From Trichoplax adhaerens (lineage: Eukaryota; Animalia; Placozoa), in NCBI RefSeq assembly GCF_000150275.1, contig NW_002060943.1:1478832-1542831 (forward strand): a stretch of 64,000 nucleotides of DNA. The letters run 5' to 3'. The notes beneath the pieces were generated by a model. The model saw only the letters and a program-made list of their open reading frames with translations. It did not search any database and was not told the DNA's origin. Below are positions 25,666 through 40,200 of this stretch, piece by piece. Positions within the stretch are counted from its first letter, which is position 1. Each line of letters begins with the position of its first letter. The translations under genes were made by a program, and so were the position numbers.

Positions 25666-28600
25666 ATGATCATCACAACGGTGTCGTCTGCAAGACCAGC
25701 TTCTGCTCAAAGTTTGCTCAAGACGGGTTTAAATCTTGTAGGATTAAGGTATTGGAGTCCACTGGAGGTGATTCAATGGCTAAAGTTATTCAAATATGTT
25801 AGCTAAAATGATCGTTGAGTGCATTCGGACTCTTCCAATACAGTAAATTACTATTCTACGCCATAGTTTGCATGATTTGATTGGTAATAATAGGCTGTGT
25901 TGACATGGATGTACTAGGGCTGCATTGATTTTTGCTGGTAAAATTGCTGCGACCAGTGGTTGATTGATTGCTGTTATTCATTTAGTTAACGATGGCTCTT
26001 ATTCTAAGAATATGTAAAAGATCCACAAAAACATTGACTTGTCAGAGGTCAAGACAGGTATTGCAAATGAATAGTGACAGTTGACTAGGATGATAATAAA
26101 ATTGACTCTGTTCATCAATTGTCCATGACTACGTGACAGTACCATATCCACGATTTCTTGCAAGATTAAACACAAATTCAATCACCCTCCCTAGTTACGT
26201 ACGTGCAGAAAACATTTCTATCTATCCTGATGAATTTAAACCGTTGTCATGATGCAAATGAAGTGTTGGTAAGGCTATACATACAATCGACTTGATGGCC
26301 TCATGATGTAATGTCATATAATTATAGAGAGCCGTTACAGGAGTTGCAGTAATGGTTGGACTATGTGATGACGCTTTTTTTAATACATGCAATCGACTTG
26401 ATGGCCTCATGATGTAATGTCATATAGTAATAGAGAGCCATTGCAGGATTTGCTGCAATGGTTAAACTGTATGTGATGACGCTTTTTAGCAGGAGCTAGT
26501 GCCAGTCATTTCGAATTTTCTACTACTGCATAATTAAATTATAGGACTATTGTCCTATATACATAGGTTATTAGCCTTAAATAAACGTATTCGTTATACA
26601 TCGAACAACCACCATGCTAGGTTGATCCCTGTGCAGTATGCATTGTTCATGTTATGATCTTTCATTAGAACTGTATCGACTGCGTTGATGAGATTGTTCA
26701 ATGATGCTTTGCTACAGAAAATAATAATTGATGTTCAAAACGCAATATCATTTTCAATTTTACAGTTGATGCATGTAATAACACCATTTTACAATAGGAA
26801 TGAATAAGTCACAATCAGTGAAATATTAATTTTATACCATCGTTCAAATATTATCCATGAACTGCTGACATATATGCTATAGGCCACCTTGATTAGATTA
26901 CTTGATGATGATTTGATACAAAGAATAATTGGTGTTCAAAACGCAATATCATTTTCAATTTTGCAGCTTATGCGTGTAGTAACAACAATTTTCAATAGAA
27001 CTGAGTAAGTCACAGTCAGTGAAATATTAATTTTGTAACATCATCCTTCAAATTCGTTTATCAAAGCACTATCTCCCTTACGTATGGCCGGCCATATATC
27101 TCAAGAGAGACCGTAAATAAAGATGCACGCTGTCGCTTTGTGTTTAATATAAAACTCAATTCATCTTCTGCATAGTGAGTGATAGGTCATGTCCTATAAT
27201 AACGGTTATTCTCTTACTATTTAGGTACGTTTATTGTCGAACGATGTTGTAACACAATTTCAAAATCTTCTGGGTGAAAGCAATGTCTCAATAGCTGAAA
27301 CTACGCGCCAGCATCATGGTCAAGATGAATCACCATTTCCTGGTGCCATGCCTGATGTAGTAGTATCTCCTAAGAATACGGAACAAGTGAGCTCTGTCGC
27401 TAAAATATGCTACGAGCGTAAACTACCAATGATACCGTATGGCACTGGAACTGGGCTGGAAGGTGGCGTTTGCGCTGTAAAAGTAGGATATCAATGCAGT
27501 CTTTATGATGATAAACAATAATATAAACCCTATGCTACTCGACTATATACGAGTGCTGTAGGCAGTATATTGCGCTTTGATTGAAAGTTGATTGCAATGC
27601 GTAATTACTGTACTATGACGATCTAGTCATTCGAAGGGTACATTGTAAATTTAGATTAGATTATGATACTGCAGTGTTAACATAATATGCTAGCGTATTT
27701 AATAATATCCGCTAAAAAATAACTCTTGTTAACAAGGGTGGCGTATGTCTGGACTTAAGCCAAATGGAAGAAAGTATAGATGTTAATATGAGCGACCTTG
27801 ATGCAACCGTAACCGCTAGCATAACGAGGATTGCCTTAAATAATTATTTACACGATACTGGGTTGTGGTTCCCTATAGGTTGTGTATAAATTTCTACTGT
27901 GTCAACTTATTTTCTCATAAATCTACTGGTTCGGTCAATTAAAGCGTGATGGTCTATAAAATTTCATAGTTTGCCTGAAACTGTTCTCACTATTTTCCGA
28001 TTCCCTTCATTGTAACAGATCCAGGTGCTGATGCATCATTGTGCGGAATGGTAGCTACCAGTGCATCTGGCACGACGGCAGTAAGGTATAGTCAAATTAT
28101 TGATCCAGTTTTAGTCAATTGGAAAGTCAACTGATGTTGTCACCTCATCTCTACCGTTTCTTTCTTCTAAATACTTTTCAGATATGGAACAATGCGCGAA
28201 AATGTAATTAATCTTGAAGTTGTTCTTGCTGATGGCTCTATCCTGCATACAGCTGGAAAGGGGCTACATCCTAGGTAACTGATTATTTTATACTATTACG
28301 AGCTGTAAAACATGTTATCGAATCTAAATAACAACAAATGACGTTATGTGAATTATAGAAAGACCGCTGCTGGATACAATTTAACCAATCTATTCGTTGG
28401 TTCAGAGGGTACTTTGGGCATAATTACCAAAGCGACTTTACGCCTATATTCAATTCCAGAAGTAGGTTTCAGCAATGTCTTATACACCGTATAACCCTTA
28501 AAGATACTCATAACCTTAGACTTACAAGACCGATTGAAGCCAAATACTGTATTTTTCAAACTTTTACAGAAAATGTCTGCGACGTGCTCGTTTCCATCAA

Positions 28601-29835
28601 CAGAAGATGCGATTAACAGCGTCGAGCAGATCCTACTATACAATGTACCCATCGTTAGAATTGGTACGCATTCATAATTTAGACATTTCCATCTCAATGT
28701 GGAACTGTGCATGCTGTACTACTCTCAGTAAAAGCTACAGGTAAACATACTACAAATTCTGGTAATAATAATGATTAATATTGAATATGTCCTGAAGAAT
28801 TTCTGGACGAGAGTGCTGTTGACGCATGCAACAAATATTCCCACTTGGACCATCCAGTACAGCCTATGATATTTTTAGAGTTTTACGGCTCGAAAGCAGA
28901 AATTGAGAGTCAAGTTGATATTGTCGGTATGTTTAACATCGCTTTGATGTATCTAACTGATATATTTCCGTAAGCCAATGCCGTAGAATCTTATACAAAA
29001 CAAAAATATTTTTCAACCATTACAGAAGAAGTTATAAGCAGCCAAAATGGAACTGAATTAAAGTGGGCAAAAACAACTGAAGAACATAGTAAGCTTTGGA
29101 AGGCTCGTCACAATGCCTTATATGCTGCCAAGGCTTTGAGGCCAGGATCAAAAGTACGTTTAGTAACAGTTATCGGTTGTACTATATCCTATATTGAAGT
29201 ATTAATGATGGTTCTAGGCAAAAATTACCGATGTTGCGGTACCGATATCAAAGCTTGCGGAAATACTAACGAAAACAAAAGAAGAAATCAAGAAAGAAGA
29301 TCTTCTTTGTAGGAAATGATACTGCTGTGGTTGCATACCTTACAGTTCAGTCTATGAGGCAGTAAAATTAAAGTATTGTTGCGTTTCTAATGTTAACAGG
29401 CTGTATTGTGGGACATGTTGGCGATGGTAATTTTCATTGCTTGGTTATGCACGATCCCTCAAATCAGCAGGAATTAGAGAAAATAGAGGCTTTCAGCTCA
29501 AAATTAGCAATGTAAGAATAACAAAAAAAGAGAATTCCTAATTTCTAACACGTTGCTATTCCTTACTATTTATCTATCACCTTGCCTCAACTTATTGTGT
29601 ATATACCCACGAAATTTCGTATGATGATTACATGATGTTATTTTAATTCATTACCGTGTGCAGATTCGCTCAAGATCTAGGTGGGACATGTACCGGTGAA
29701 CACGGCATCGGACTTGGTAAAATGAAATTGCTAGAACGTGAAGTAGGAAATACTGGAATGTCGGTTATGAAATCAATTAAGAAGGCCTTAGATCCACATA
29801 ATTTATTGAACCCTGGTAAAATTTTGAAAATTTAA
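25666..29835 (+). CDS. LDHD: mitochondrial FAD-dependent D-lactate dehydrogenase, multi-exon
   Basis: Exons translate to [26 protein letters not shown] (27225-27482), GLWFPI|[22 protein letters not shown]|[52 protein letters not shown] and [30 protein letters not shown]. The N-terminal exons 25666-25748 and 27067-27112 (transit-peptide-like, phases compatible) are less certain. Confidence 0.93.
26281..26488. repeat. ~106-bp tandem duplication in LDHD intron 1
   Basis: CAATCGACTTGATGGCCTCATGATGTAATGTCATATA...GTGATGACGCTTTTT occurs twice. Confidence 0.85.
26700..27050. repeat. ~200-bp-period duplication in LDHD intron 1
   Basis: AATAATTG(A/G)TGTTCAAAACGCAATATCATTTTCAATTTT...TAAGTCACA(A/G)TCAGTGAAATATTAATTTT occurs twice. 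Confidence 0.85.
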
Positions 29836-31925
29836 CCATGACATTTTATATACTACAAAATGTAATGCCATTCCAATCTTTCAGCATTTGCCAATTATAA
29901 AATAACTCTCTATCGATCAATATATATTACATTAATCCATGTTATCTATCCTTACTAACACACGTCCTAAAACATTCTTTTGTACAAAATCGCCAGTAAT
30001 TGCGTTAGTGCAGGATATTCTTAGTTGCAGTATCTTATTTACCGTTAGATTATTACAAAATTTAGGTCATACCGTCGAAATTAAGCTAAGTGAAATAGTC
30101 TTATCTCAAAGTTAGAAATTAAATATTACAATACTAGATCGTAAATGAAGCCTGTTTAAATTTAAATATTTTAATTCCTTAAATCATATAATTTATGAAA
30201 TGCAAAAAAATGTAATAGCAATAAACATGCTTAGTTTTAATGCAACATCTGCCAGTTATTGCTTAACCGTAACCATATCTTTTGTGGACTATGTACGGTA
30301 GCGCTTTGGGTTGTAATCGATAGTATCCTAATTGTCGAACACAATACTAATTACAACATAAATATAACGGACTAAGTCGCCAAGCGACATCAATATCTTT
30401 CATCTCGTGCAATATTTTGGATTTAGATATAAAAATATTGAAAATAAGTAAAAGTTTTTAAAAGAAAAATTTCTTGATTAAATAATGTAAATACCTAGTC
30501 ATTGCAAAACACACTGCTAGGGAAAACATTATAATGTGGGACCGTACTTGAAGACGAGATAAAGTAACTTTACCATAATGACTGATACCGTGATACGCAT
30601 AACGCATACAGTATATGGTATACTTATAAGAACTGTATAATTAGCCAAATCGCAATCGTATAGAGTTACAAAAATTGGTAATACAACTAAAAGGTACCCA
30701 TGGCCTTAAGGACTTAGCACTGATAGCAAATTTACGCTAAATACGGTAGACATTAATTAGCAGAAACTGTGCTTACTTAAATCTACACTGAATTAAAAAC
30801 TACTTCCATAGCACAATATTGCCATTTAATAGCTACCGCAATTTATTAGTGTTTGCCTTGCGGGTATTTTAGTATCTCTTTAACCAAAATTAATATCAAT
30901 CGATCAATTTTCCGGACTCTTTATGATTATCGAAGTCAATGAACCAATACGTAGAAAAAAATCTTGCGCTCATAGTGCCATATCCACAACTAATTCTAGC
31001 TACTAGGACACTTTCTTGACTTAAAGGCGGTCAGAATTTTGCTTATAAACTGATAATGTAAATTGCTAGTAACTTATAGGTTATTGTTATACCTAAAATT
31101 GGTTATTACGGAAAGAACATCTAGTATATTTTTGAAATAGTATGAAGGAGAGCGTATTCATTTTGGCATATGGGCTTAAACTAATGGTAGTAGTAAAAGA
31201 GCTATGCATAAATTTTTGGCATTATATTCTTGTTAACACTAGTTCCGACTAAATATTACATTAAAAGTAACTATAAAAACGAAATTGTTTTTCGATGATA
31301 AATAAGTAACTGATGATCCTAAAGTAACAATTACAGTATATAGTCCTACAGTACCAATATACCTGTATATAGAATGCAAAAGTCTATAAAGAATGAAATT
31401 GTGTTATAATAATCTAAAGAAATAAATGTCACGTACATAATTATAACCGGCATTAGTATTAAAAGGACTCTATTTTAATAAGTTACTATACAATACATAA
31501 ATGCAATAACGCAATTACTGTATTACCGTTACAATTCTACTGTATAAGTGATATTTCACGTTATAATAATATTCATACCCCTGATTTTATTTTCAAGTCA
31601 AAAGTACCATATATAATCACAATCTTAGAGTTAACACAATCTGAAATGTTTCACTTAATACTGGCAAAAGCCTTGAATACTGTCTTAATAAATTACTGAT
31701 ATTTTATACATTCATTATTATAATATTAGTTGAGGTTATTACTAATTAATAAAACAAATCTTTACATCAATACAATAGCCCAGCCATGAATAGTAATCAT
31801 TACGTCAAATTAGTCTGCAAAGTTTAAAGTAGCTATAATTTCCAAACGATATTCTACCGTCATTAGATATTAACATAAATTGGAATATCTAGCAGGAGTA
31901 AACCTCAGGAATAATATTATATCAT

Positions 31926-32462
31926 TGTCACGGTAGTTTGTCGCTGTAAAAATTAAATTAGTGAAACCTATGTTAAGACAATTTCGATAGCTTAAGCTTG
32001 TTAAGAACTATTGAACATCAAAAATCGCGTTGAAATACTTCTGGACGGTAGAATTGAAGTTAACATCAATATAGAGTACGTGGAATTATCCCGTTTACAG
32101 CTCAAATCATCGTGATTGTGACTACTTTACAGTAGATTGCACATGGCCACATAAATGCTTCGCAAAAAATACGTATATTGCAATCTGATAGTTACACATA
32201 AAAGGTATTATCTGATATTTTTTGAAGGTAATGGATACTGATTAAGACATACCAGCAACAACACTTATAGAAGAGTATAGGGGCGCGGTGTAACATATAA
32301 TAAAGAGAGTTCTTAAAATTAGTGTTTAAACATAAACTACCAGGTGTCTAATTCTTTGCGTTGTCTGCTAGCAGAGGAAAATTATTCCTGATAGTATAGA
32401 TAAGTAGTGCGGAAGTCAGCTTCTAGATCGTAAATTACATTATCACAAGCTGTTTTATAACA
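31926..32462 (+). mobile_element. highly diverged solo-LTR family copy directly downstream of GPCR 1
   Basis: Starts TGTCACGGTA (identical to the family terminus) and ends CACAAG...TTATAACA. Colinear internal patches include GGACGGTAGAATTGA, GTAATGGATACTGATTAA and GCGCGGTGT...AATAAA. Flanks ATCAT/TTCAC could be a decayed TSD. Confidence 0.55.
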
Positions 32463-32493
32463 TTCACAGGCCTATACCGCGATCTAAGCGTCA

Positions 32494-33435
32494 TTAAGCA
32501 CTGGTAGTTCTTGAACTTCGTAATTTTTCACGAAGATTCTGTCCAAAAAGTGCATAAATCATTGGATGTATGATGGTAGAGATATTAGCTACAAATACAC
32601 TCCAAAAGAGTAATTCCTTCTCCCAGCCAGAATAGTAACCACTGCTGAGTTCTTTATACATCTGGACGGTCCAAACGGGTGTCCAGCAAACTATAAAAAC
32701 CAATGTTATGACAATAACACAAATTACAGCGCGTTGCTTTTTACGCATCACATTACGACTTGTAGTTATGCTTGCTCGAATTCTCAAGCTGACTTTAAAA
32801 TATGAAAGTATCACTATCATCAGAGGTATAATATATAAAGCAGTGAGTTGAAAGACCACCATTATGATTTTAAATATATTCGATCCATAATCGCGAATAC
32901 AGAAATGCGCTGTTAATGAACCATCTAAAAATACGAAGGCTTCTTCACGTAAAATATACAAGTATGGTGTCATAAGAACGGCTGAAAGGACCCATAAGCC
33001 AATGATGATATTTCTTGTACGATCAGGAGATTTACTCCGATAGAGTGGTCTACAAATAGCAAGGTAACGATCGACTGCAACAGCCACTAACGTTAATTCT
33101 ACATTAGTTATAGCCGTCAATCGAATATAATTTAATAACTTACAGGCAACAGGACCAAGTATCCATAATCCTTTATAATAATCAGTCAAGACATTAACCG
33201 GAATATAAAATAACGCTACTATTAAATCAGCAAAAGCCAAAGATATAATATATCGCTCGTTTGTAGGTACCTTAAAACGCTTATTTTTAAGCAAGACAAC
33301 AATAATACCAATATTGCCAATCATAGCAAAGAGTAATAATATCGTATTTACAATCACTTTACCGACCATTTCAGAAGGAGATTTCACATATATATCCCAA
33401 ATTGTTAATGATGAAATATTATGCGCCGACGACAT
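32494..33435 (-). CDS. rhodopsin-like (class A) GPCR, peptide-receptor-like orphan, single coding exon
   Basis: 7 TM segments; GN (TM1), LAFAD (TM2), WILG..CK, DRY, CWTP, HPMIY. Confidence 0.95.
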   Translation of the reverse strand: MSSAHNISSLTIWDIYVKSPSEMVGKVIVNTILLLFAMIGNIGIIVVLLKNKRFKVPTNERYIISLAFADLIVALFYIPVNVLTDYYKGLWILGPVACKLLNYIRLTAITNVELTLVAVAVDRYLAICRPLYRSKSPDRTRNIIIGLWVLSAVLMTPYLYILREEAFVFLDGSLTAHFCIRDYGSNIFKIIMVVFQLTALYIIPLMIVILSYFKVSLRIRASITTSRNVMRKKQRAVICVIVITLVFIVCWTPVWTVQMYKELSSGYYSGWEKELLFWSVFVANISTIIHPMIYALFGQNLREKLRSSRTTSA

Positions 33436-36400
33436 CGTTTTATGCGCTTGTTCGACCTTTGAACAAGATCTCGGATAAAGAATAAATTTAATTCAGCTAA
33501 AATTAATTCAGTAATTGAGTAGCTTGTCTTAGAGATACAAGTAATATCAGACGAAGGATATTACCTCTGTATATTTATTCGAATTTTATTTAAAAGATTG
33601 AGTGGACCAATGTATAGAAATATATTATTGACAGAAATGAAGAAGGGATTAATAAGGCAACGCACTATAACTGTAATAATCTGGCAATTGCAGTTGCAAA
33701 TACATATATATACACTATCTATGAAATAATAGTAGACTGAGAATAAGACAATAACCATAGCAGCAGCTAAGATCAATGCTTCCTTGATCATCAGATGGTA
33801 TGGCGGAATAAACAATAACTGACGGCAAGAATTAAATCAGTCTGCCAATCAGAATATTCCCTCTTCGATAACATAAATCTAATTTATATCCTATCAATTG
33901 AAATAAAATTAGAGGAGAAAATTGTTTTATTCATAAACTTTGTTTGCCACACAAATTAAACAATCAATATGCAACCTATCGTGACCTAATCTTAATAATA
34001 CCTTCCTGATAAAGCGACAGTATTAAACTATTTACTAATGTACATTCAGCAATTATTATTAATTCCAAATTAGAACCTTCATCTAATTTTCTCTTGCCTC
34101 TTCCGAGTCAATAGCTACACTTCGATCAACATAATACATATGGCATCGAAACCAATATTTCTCTATTCTATTTTAGAATTTATGAATAATAATGAATGAA
34201 CTGATGATTGACTATGTTGTGGCCTGATAAAATTAATCAGCAATGAGTTACGACATATTTCAATAGGTTTAAATATCCTATACTCGCCATTGATTTGATT
34301 TTACCACAAATTCAGCTCAGAATTAATCTTTCAAGGACTCCTATTGAAGTGAATGAAAAGTTTGGACTTTCATTTTTTAGCAATTTTATGTTTTCTGGAT
34401 AAATTGAATCGATAAAAGGACAGATTCAATAAAGATTTTATATGCATCAGTCAGTTTAAAATCTAAAAAACATTTTATTTAATGATTGTCCGTAAGACAT
34501 CATTATCGATACATGTTAGTTAAAATGAAATTAAAGGTAGATAGTCAAATCTTTAACATACTGTAATTAGTTACGGTAGGTTATGTAGAAGATGAAATTA
34601 TTTCTCAATTAATTTTACTTATAATTTTCAATGATTTTCCAATCATATACTGATTAAGTTAGACTAAAATTAAAGATGTGGTCTGGTGACTTTACGCAGA
34701 AAAACAAATAGTCATCTTAGTCTATGGTATTTTGTTCAGCAAGCCTATCAGAATCCTACTTACTTTAATTTAGAATATCTATATACTAATAAATGCTAAT
34801 TATCTTCCCTTAGTATAAATAAAATTAATATTATTCAAAGAATTCATAGAATTATTTCGTAACTAGAATGGACTGTTAGAAAACCAATAATAAATTCACT
34901 TCAGTTTCCGCTTCTAAATAACACCAATACATTTACCAGACATTGTATAAATCGCAATTACAAATACGTATAGAATGGAATCACTGCAAAACAATTGAAA
35001 ACGATAACTCATAATAGATTAATAACAATGGTTGCTAAGGTATATAAAATAAATTTGGATGTCACCATAAAATGAACTAGTTCCGATAAATTGAAAACAG
35101 AGGCTTCTTCTACTCTGATTCTTTAATAATTCTTGGAATAATATACAGTTCACGTACATACTTCCACCTTAAAAGGTATAAATGATCTTGATGTTATAAT
35201 ATGAATTTACGAGATATCGAACAAACCAAACAGACAATAACTTAGCAAATGGACTATTGACTGTATAAAATCGAATTATACTGGTTCCAATATAATTCAC
35301 CGACAGCTTGTAAATTAATACGATCTTCCCCAGCCTAATCTACATTTTGTTAACTTCAATAAATTTAATTGTATAGGTAATTTTTTAGTCTATTTATTTC
35401 AATAATATTAGAACGATAATCAACTGAGACTAGAATATTTCACGTAATTTCTATTTTATTGTTAAGATATATTTATTGTAAATCTTGGATATTTTTTGTT
35501 TATCTCAAATCTTTTGTTTTATTGATTTTGAATTTTAGCAATATTCTTTAATTGATAAAATAATATTTGTTTAGAGATGCAACAAAATAATAGAAAAAAG
35601 GAATCGATATAGCCGTAAGGCACTATAATTACCATGACACAAGTAAATCGCTATAGACTACTGTATAAGTAGCAATTCTTGTAATAACAACGTGGTACAA
35701 CTTGGACATTAATATAACTTTTAATTCCAGTAAATTTAGTTACTAAATAAATACCATCATTGGTCACCATCATTGCATCATATTTTCTTTAATAGCCTTG
35801 CCTATAAAAATCCTTGTAAAAGAATTAGAAAATGCATGAACCAATATCTATATCTAATAATCTTGTCTACTTGCTATCGTTACTATAATTTTTTATCAAC
35901 TTGCCATCCTCATTGCCATTGTTATTTAATAAACCCTAACAAATGAGAACTTTGAGAAAGAAGAGCTAATCTACTTTGCTCTTTGACACTTACTGTGCCT
36001 AACTTATTGCCGCTTGATATGCAGAGAATCTCAATTTGCAGTCATTATCCTGCCTCTACAGAAATCTTATGTCACAAAGGAGTAATTTTGACTCGTTAAC
36101 AATAGTATATTTTACTCTCTGACACTATTCTGAGTGATGTTGTTTTATTAAATTAGTGCTTCAATACGGTAGTCTTCGTTAGTGTAAAGTGCAATGGATT
36201 ATTTACTACAACGCGTAGAAATATAAAAATCTTTAATTATGATTTAGTACAACAGAATTATTGCAATTGTTCTCATAATTTCGCGAAATAAGGCGTAACG
36301 AACTCATGAATCTGAATCATAAGCAGAATTGAATTTTTACCCTGATTGACGTGCAATATTCATTTCAAATATCAAATAACTCATCTTCCTTAACGTTTAG

Positions 36401-36752
36401 TTGATTCTTAATCTGCGCAAATTCGTAGCATCTCTACCGTGCAATAATTTTAAATGCTATGAATGGCTTTGAATATCGATGAATTATAATAAATACAACA
36501 GAAAATTAAATGTATTGCTTCTAGATAGTCCTGCTAAAATATACAATTTCGCGCATACTTCTTTATTCCAGTAATACTATCGATCACGTAGATGCTTTAT
36601 TGTGCTACAGATTGTAAAATGCAAGCAATATATCACGGTCCATTATATCATTAATACATTCATTTATTGCCTTTTAATCGAAGCTCAATAAATTTTAAAA
36701 CAAATTTAAATCATTTAGTAATTTCATACTGTTTCATTAAAATACGTAAAAT

Positions 36753-37235
36753 TATCACGGTACTGCGTTACTATTTAATTAATTATTAATTCCTGGATAA
36801 TGGATGCTTTAAAATAGTCTAGATAAAGTCATATGCTATGTTTGGTGTTTAATTTTGTTGGCCTTGTAGTTAATACTGCAGTAATAGACTTATGATATAG
36901 AATACAAACCTTTATGAGCAAATTCACTCTAGATTGAAAGGTGTGCTGAGCTCTAATAATTGAACTACATATGATTATTTAACACTGAAATTCACTGTAG
37001 AAATCTATTTAAGAGTGTGGTTGTAAAATAAAAGTAGAAATTGCTAAGAAGTGTGCAGAAGTCGTAATGAGAAGAAAAGTGTAGCAATTAACCAGTTGCC
37101 TATGAAGTATAGCCGAGAAATCGAGTTCTCATATATTGCCCGTGTACAGACTAAAAATATTGAGAGAAATAGCTCGAGTTGTCGTACCTACACTACAATT
37201 CTTTACAAATCTTGCCATAAGTAATGGTTATTATA
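36753..37235 (+). mobile_element. intermediate-age solo-LTR family copy with an internal deletion
   Basis: Clear match to the reverse complement of 744-1331 (TATCACGGTAC..., AATTCACTGTAGAAATCTATTTAAG, TAGCCGAGAAATCGAGTT, GAGAAATAGC, ...GGTTATTATA). Flanks AAAAT/AAAAC resemble a 5-bp TSD. Confidence 0.8.
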
Positions 37236-40200
37236 AAAACATGCGCCAATTTTTTAAACTTAACCATATTGAATATTCTCTTATGTTACAATAGGCTTAA
37301 TATTTAACCTAGTACTATGAATCTAATGTGTAAGGAATACCGCACGTTTACATAACTGCACAGTAAATATATGGTCTAATTCTTTATGATTAGTTTATAC
37401 ACAATATCAATCAAAGTAGTTATAAAAGTCAATACAAGAATGAAACGTAAAATCAGAGATAGTTATTAGTTACTTGGATGACAAAAAGTGTCTATATAGT
37501 CTTATAATAGATCAAAATTTTTTATTGTAATAACCTTAATAACAACTTGGTCAGTATCGATCGTGGTTTCTAAAACAAGATATTACGATCAAGCTTGGCA
37601 AAATTTTCTGACTTTAGCAAAATTTTAGTATGATTGGAATAAAAAATTGCAGATATATCAATTGCCCTAAGTTGTCAAACCTGCAATCTACAAGTCTTGA
37701 GCATAATTTGAAGCTTTAATAATTGAAAAATATTAAAATTGTTGAAGTTTATTGAACTTACAATTTTTAAACTACATTAGAATACACTTATTGCCGATAC
37801 ACTCAATTTTTTATATCAATTATCTTTTAGTAGTTCGAGCATTATTTCGGATATATCCAGGACCATTAAGAATCCATTATCGTCAATCCCTAAAACAGGA
37901 TGTTGGAAAAAAATAAATTTTTCAATTATCAAAACTTACTCAATTTTTAGTCAATTGCTATTAATGCTTACAAATTGCAATATTAGACCAATTTGCTAAC
38001 GATTGGCATACGAAGCTCAAAAGCTCTACAATAAAAATACTCATAGTGTGAATTCTAAGTAGCGTTAAAGTACTGAAAAGAAGCCAATTTATCAGTCGGA
38101 TTAATTAATTATGACTGCATTATTCCTCATAAATCCATAATCAATATTAATCTAATTTTTCAAACTAATTTCCGTCTAAAAATAGTAATTTACGTAATAA
38201 TTATGGGTATTATAGTAGCAGAAATAAATACAATACGTCAGCATAGTAAAATAATAAGAACTATTAGGTTCATTAAACTGAAAGAAATCATTGATTGCGA
38301 GGTTGTAATAATCCAAATTACTAAGAATTAATATGCTATGTATTATTATATCATACTATTCTGAATATGATTCATTCAATCATGCCATTGTTCAAAACAT
38401 CAACAATTTAAATGTCAATATAAACATTTTTATACATTACGGTACATGAAACGATAGTTAAAATTTCAAACCCACATCTAATTACTACTGTTTATACGAA
38501 CTACTCATATGTGAGTACACTAATTTCAGATGACATAATAGGATATTTACGGTATTCGTTCAATGCTAGAATTTTATGATTTTTGGTAAGCACAAAATTA
38601 TTGTTTGAAGAACATAGCACCGTCTTCTATCATTTAAAGTTCAATATTGTACGTACTCCTTTCCTTTAAAAGTGCGCATAGAGTAAAGGAAAACAAATAT
38701 TTATAAATATAATAATAGCTACAATGCTAACCTTACAATACTTTAATTTATTTAGCCGCGGACGGTGGAACTATTTATTTTTAATTGCTAAAGGTACAAA
38801 ATAGTTCTAATATGTCCTCTAGTTTTTTCATATTGTCATATGATTAATACATATTGCATAAGTGTTAGGCAAGATCTAGCTTTTTGATGCAGTTTTATTA
38901 ATACAGTTAAATATCTGGATATGTATCATACTGTATATCAAAATTTTCCAACTTTATCGGCTAAAATTACTACAATATTCTATAATCTATCTATCGATAG
39001 AAATAATCTAGCAAACTGATTAATTTTTATTTATTTATAAATCGTACAACCTGTGAACCATTTCAGCTATCATTTTCCTATAAATAACATTGAAGATGAA
39101 ATGTTAGGAAGGAAGGAAGTACTATATACGGTAGATCTGAAATGTTTATCTCAACTTAAAAATTTTTATTCATTATTATAAGGTCGGAAAGCGATAGAAT
39201 AAAGACCTCTGATAACGGTTATTAATGTCGCAAGGTCAGCCCGAGGATATGTTTAAAAACCTTTGATATTTCATTCATTTTTTAATTTATGGCCTTAAAT
39301 TAAGAAAAAGTTTTCTTGAATATTCGTAGGGCCTTCTCTAAGTTCATAATATGCATAAATTTAAGTATACGAACATATAAAACATCGTCGTAGACTATCG
39401 TAACACATTTAACTCATTTCATAATTTAAGACTGTAATTTAACATACAAAATACGAAAAATAATATCATACTTCCTAAGCACTTACAATGTGTACGTAGA
39501 CAGTGCTCTTATTCTTAAGCCATTTCTTTTGTCAATCAATAAGAATACATGTATATCCTGTTCTATGTATAACAGAACTTTGGTTTCTTTATGCGATCAA
39601 AGAATATTATCAAACGATGAAACAACATAACAAAATTACTTTATTGCTCTATCTAATAGACACTTATCATATGAAACAATGAGATCAGTCATTAAAAATA
39701 AATGCCGCATCAGATTAAGCTTTTCGTAAATTATATCAATAAATAGTTCTGATATTTAGAATAGAAAGAAATACAACTAACTAAATTACTTTAAAATTTA
39801 GATGATTTTGTGTATTTGAAATGAATTATCATTAAAATAACCAGGCAACGGATATAACATTTCGTCTATAGCACTATGTTTTTATAAAGTAAATTTTCCC
39901 AAACTTAATGATTATCCATTGAAATCCGCACTATTTGAACACGTTCTGTAAGATGACAGGGTAATATTTCTTGTGTAAAATAAGCTATCCTGATCTATGT
40001 TACTTTAAAAATGTTTCCTTCATCATTTTTCCTGAGACTACACAAAGTAATAGTCATTTGTAGTTAGCCATGCTATTTAGTGTTTTTCTATGAAATATGA
40101 TTTAATATCGCCAATCGTCTACTCTCATATCTTTTACCCATATTAAGTATGTCAGTTGTATAATAGCGATTTATGAAATCTTATGCAGTACGTCTTCAAT

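Noticed and set aside
28353-28712. 119-aa minus-strand ORF
   Set aside because: Antisense to LDHD exons.
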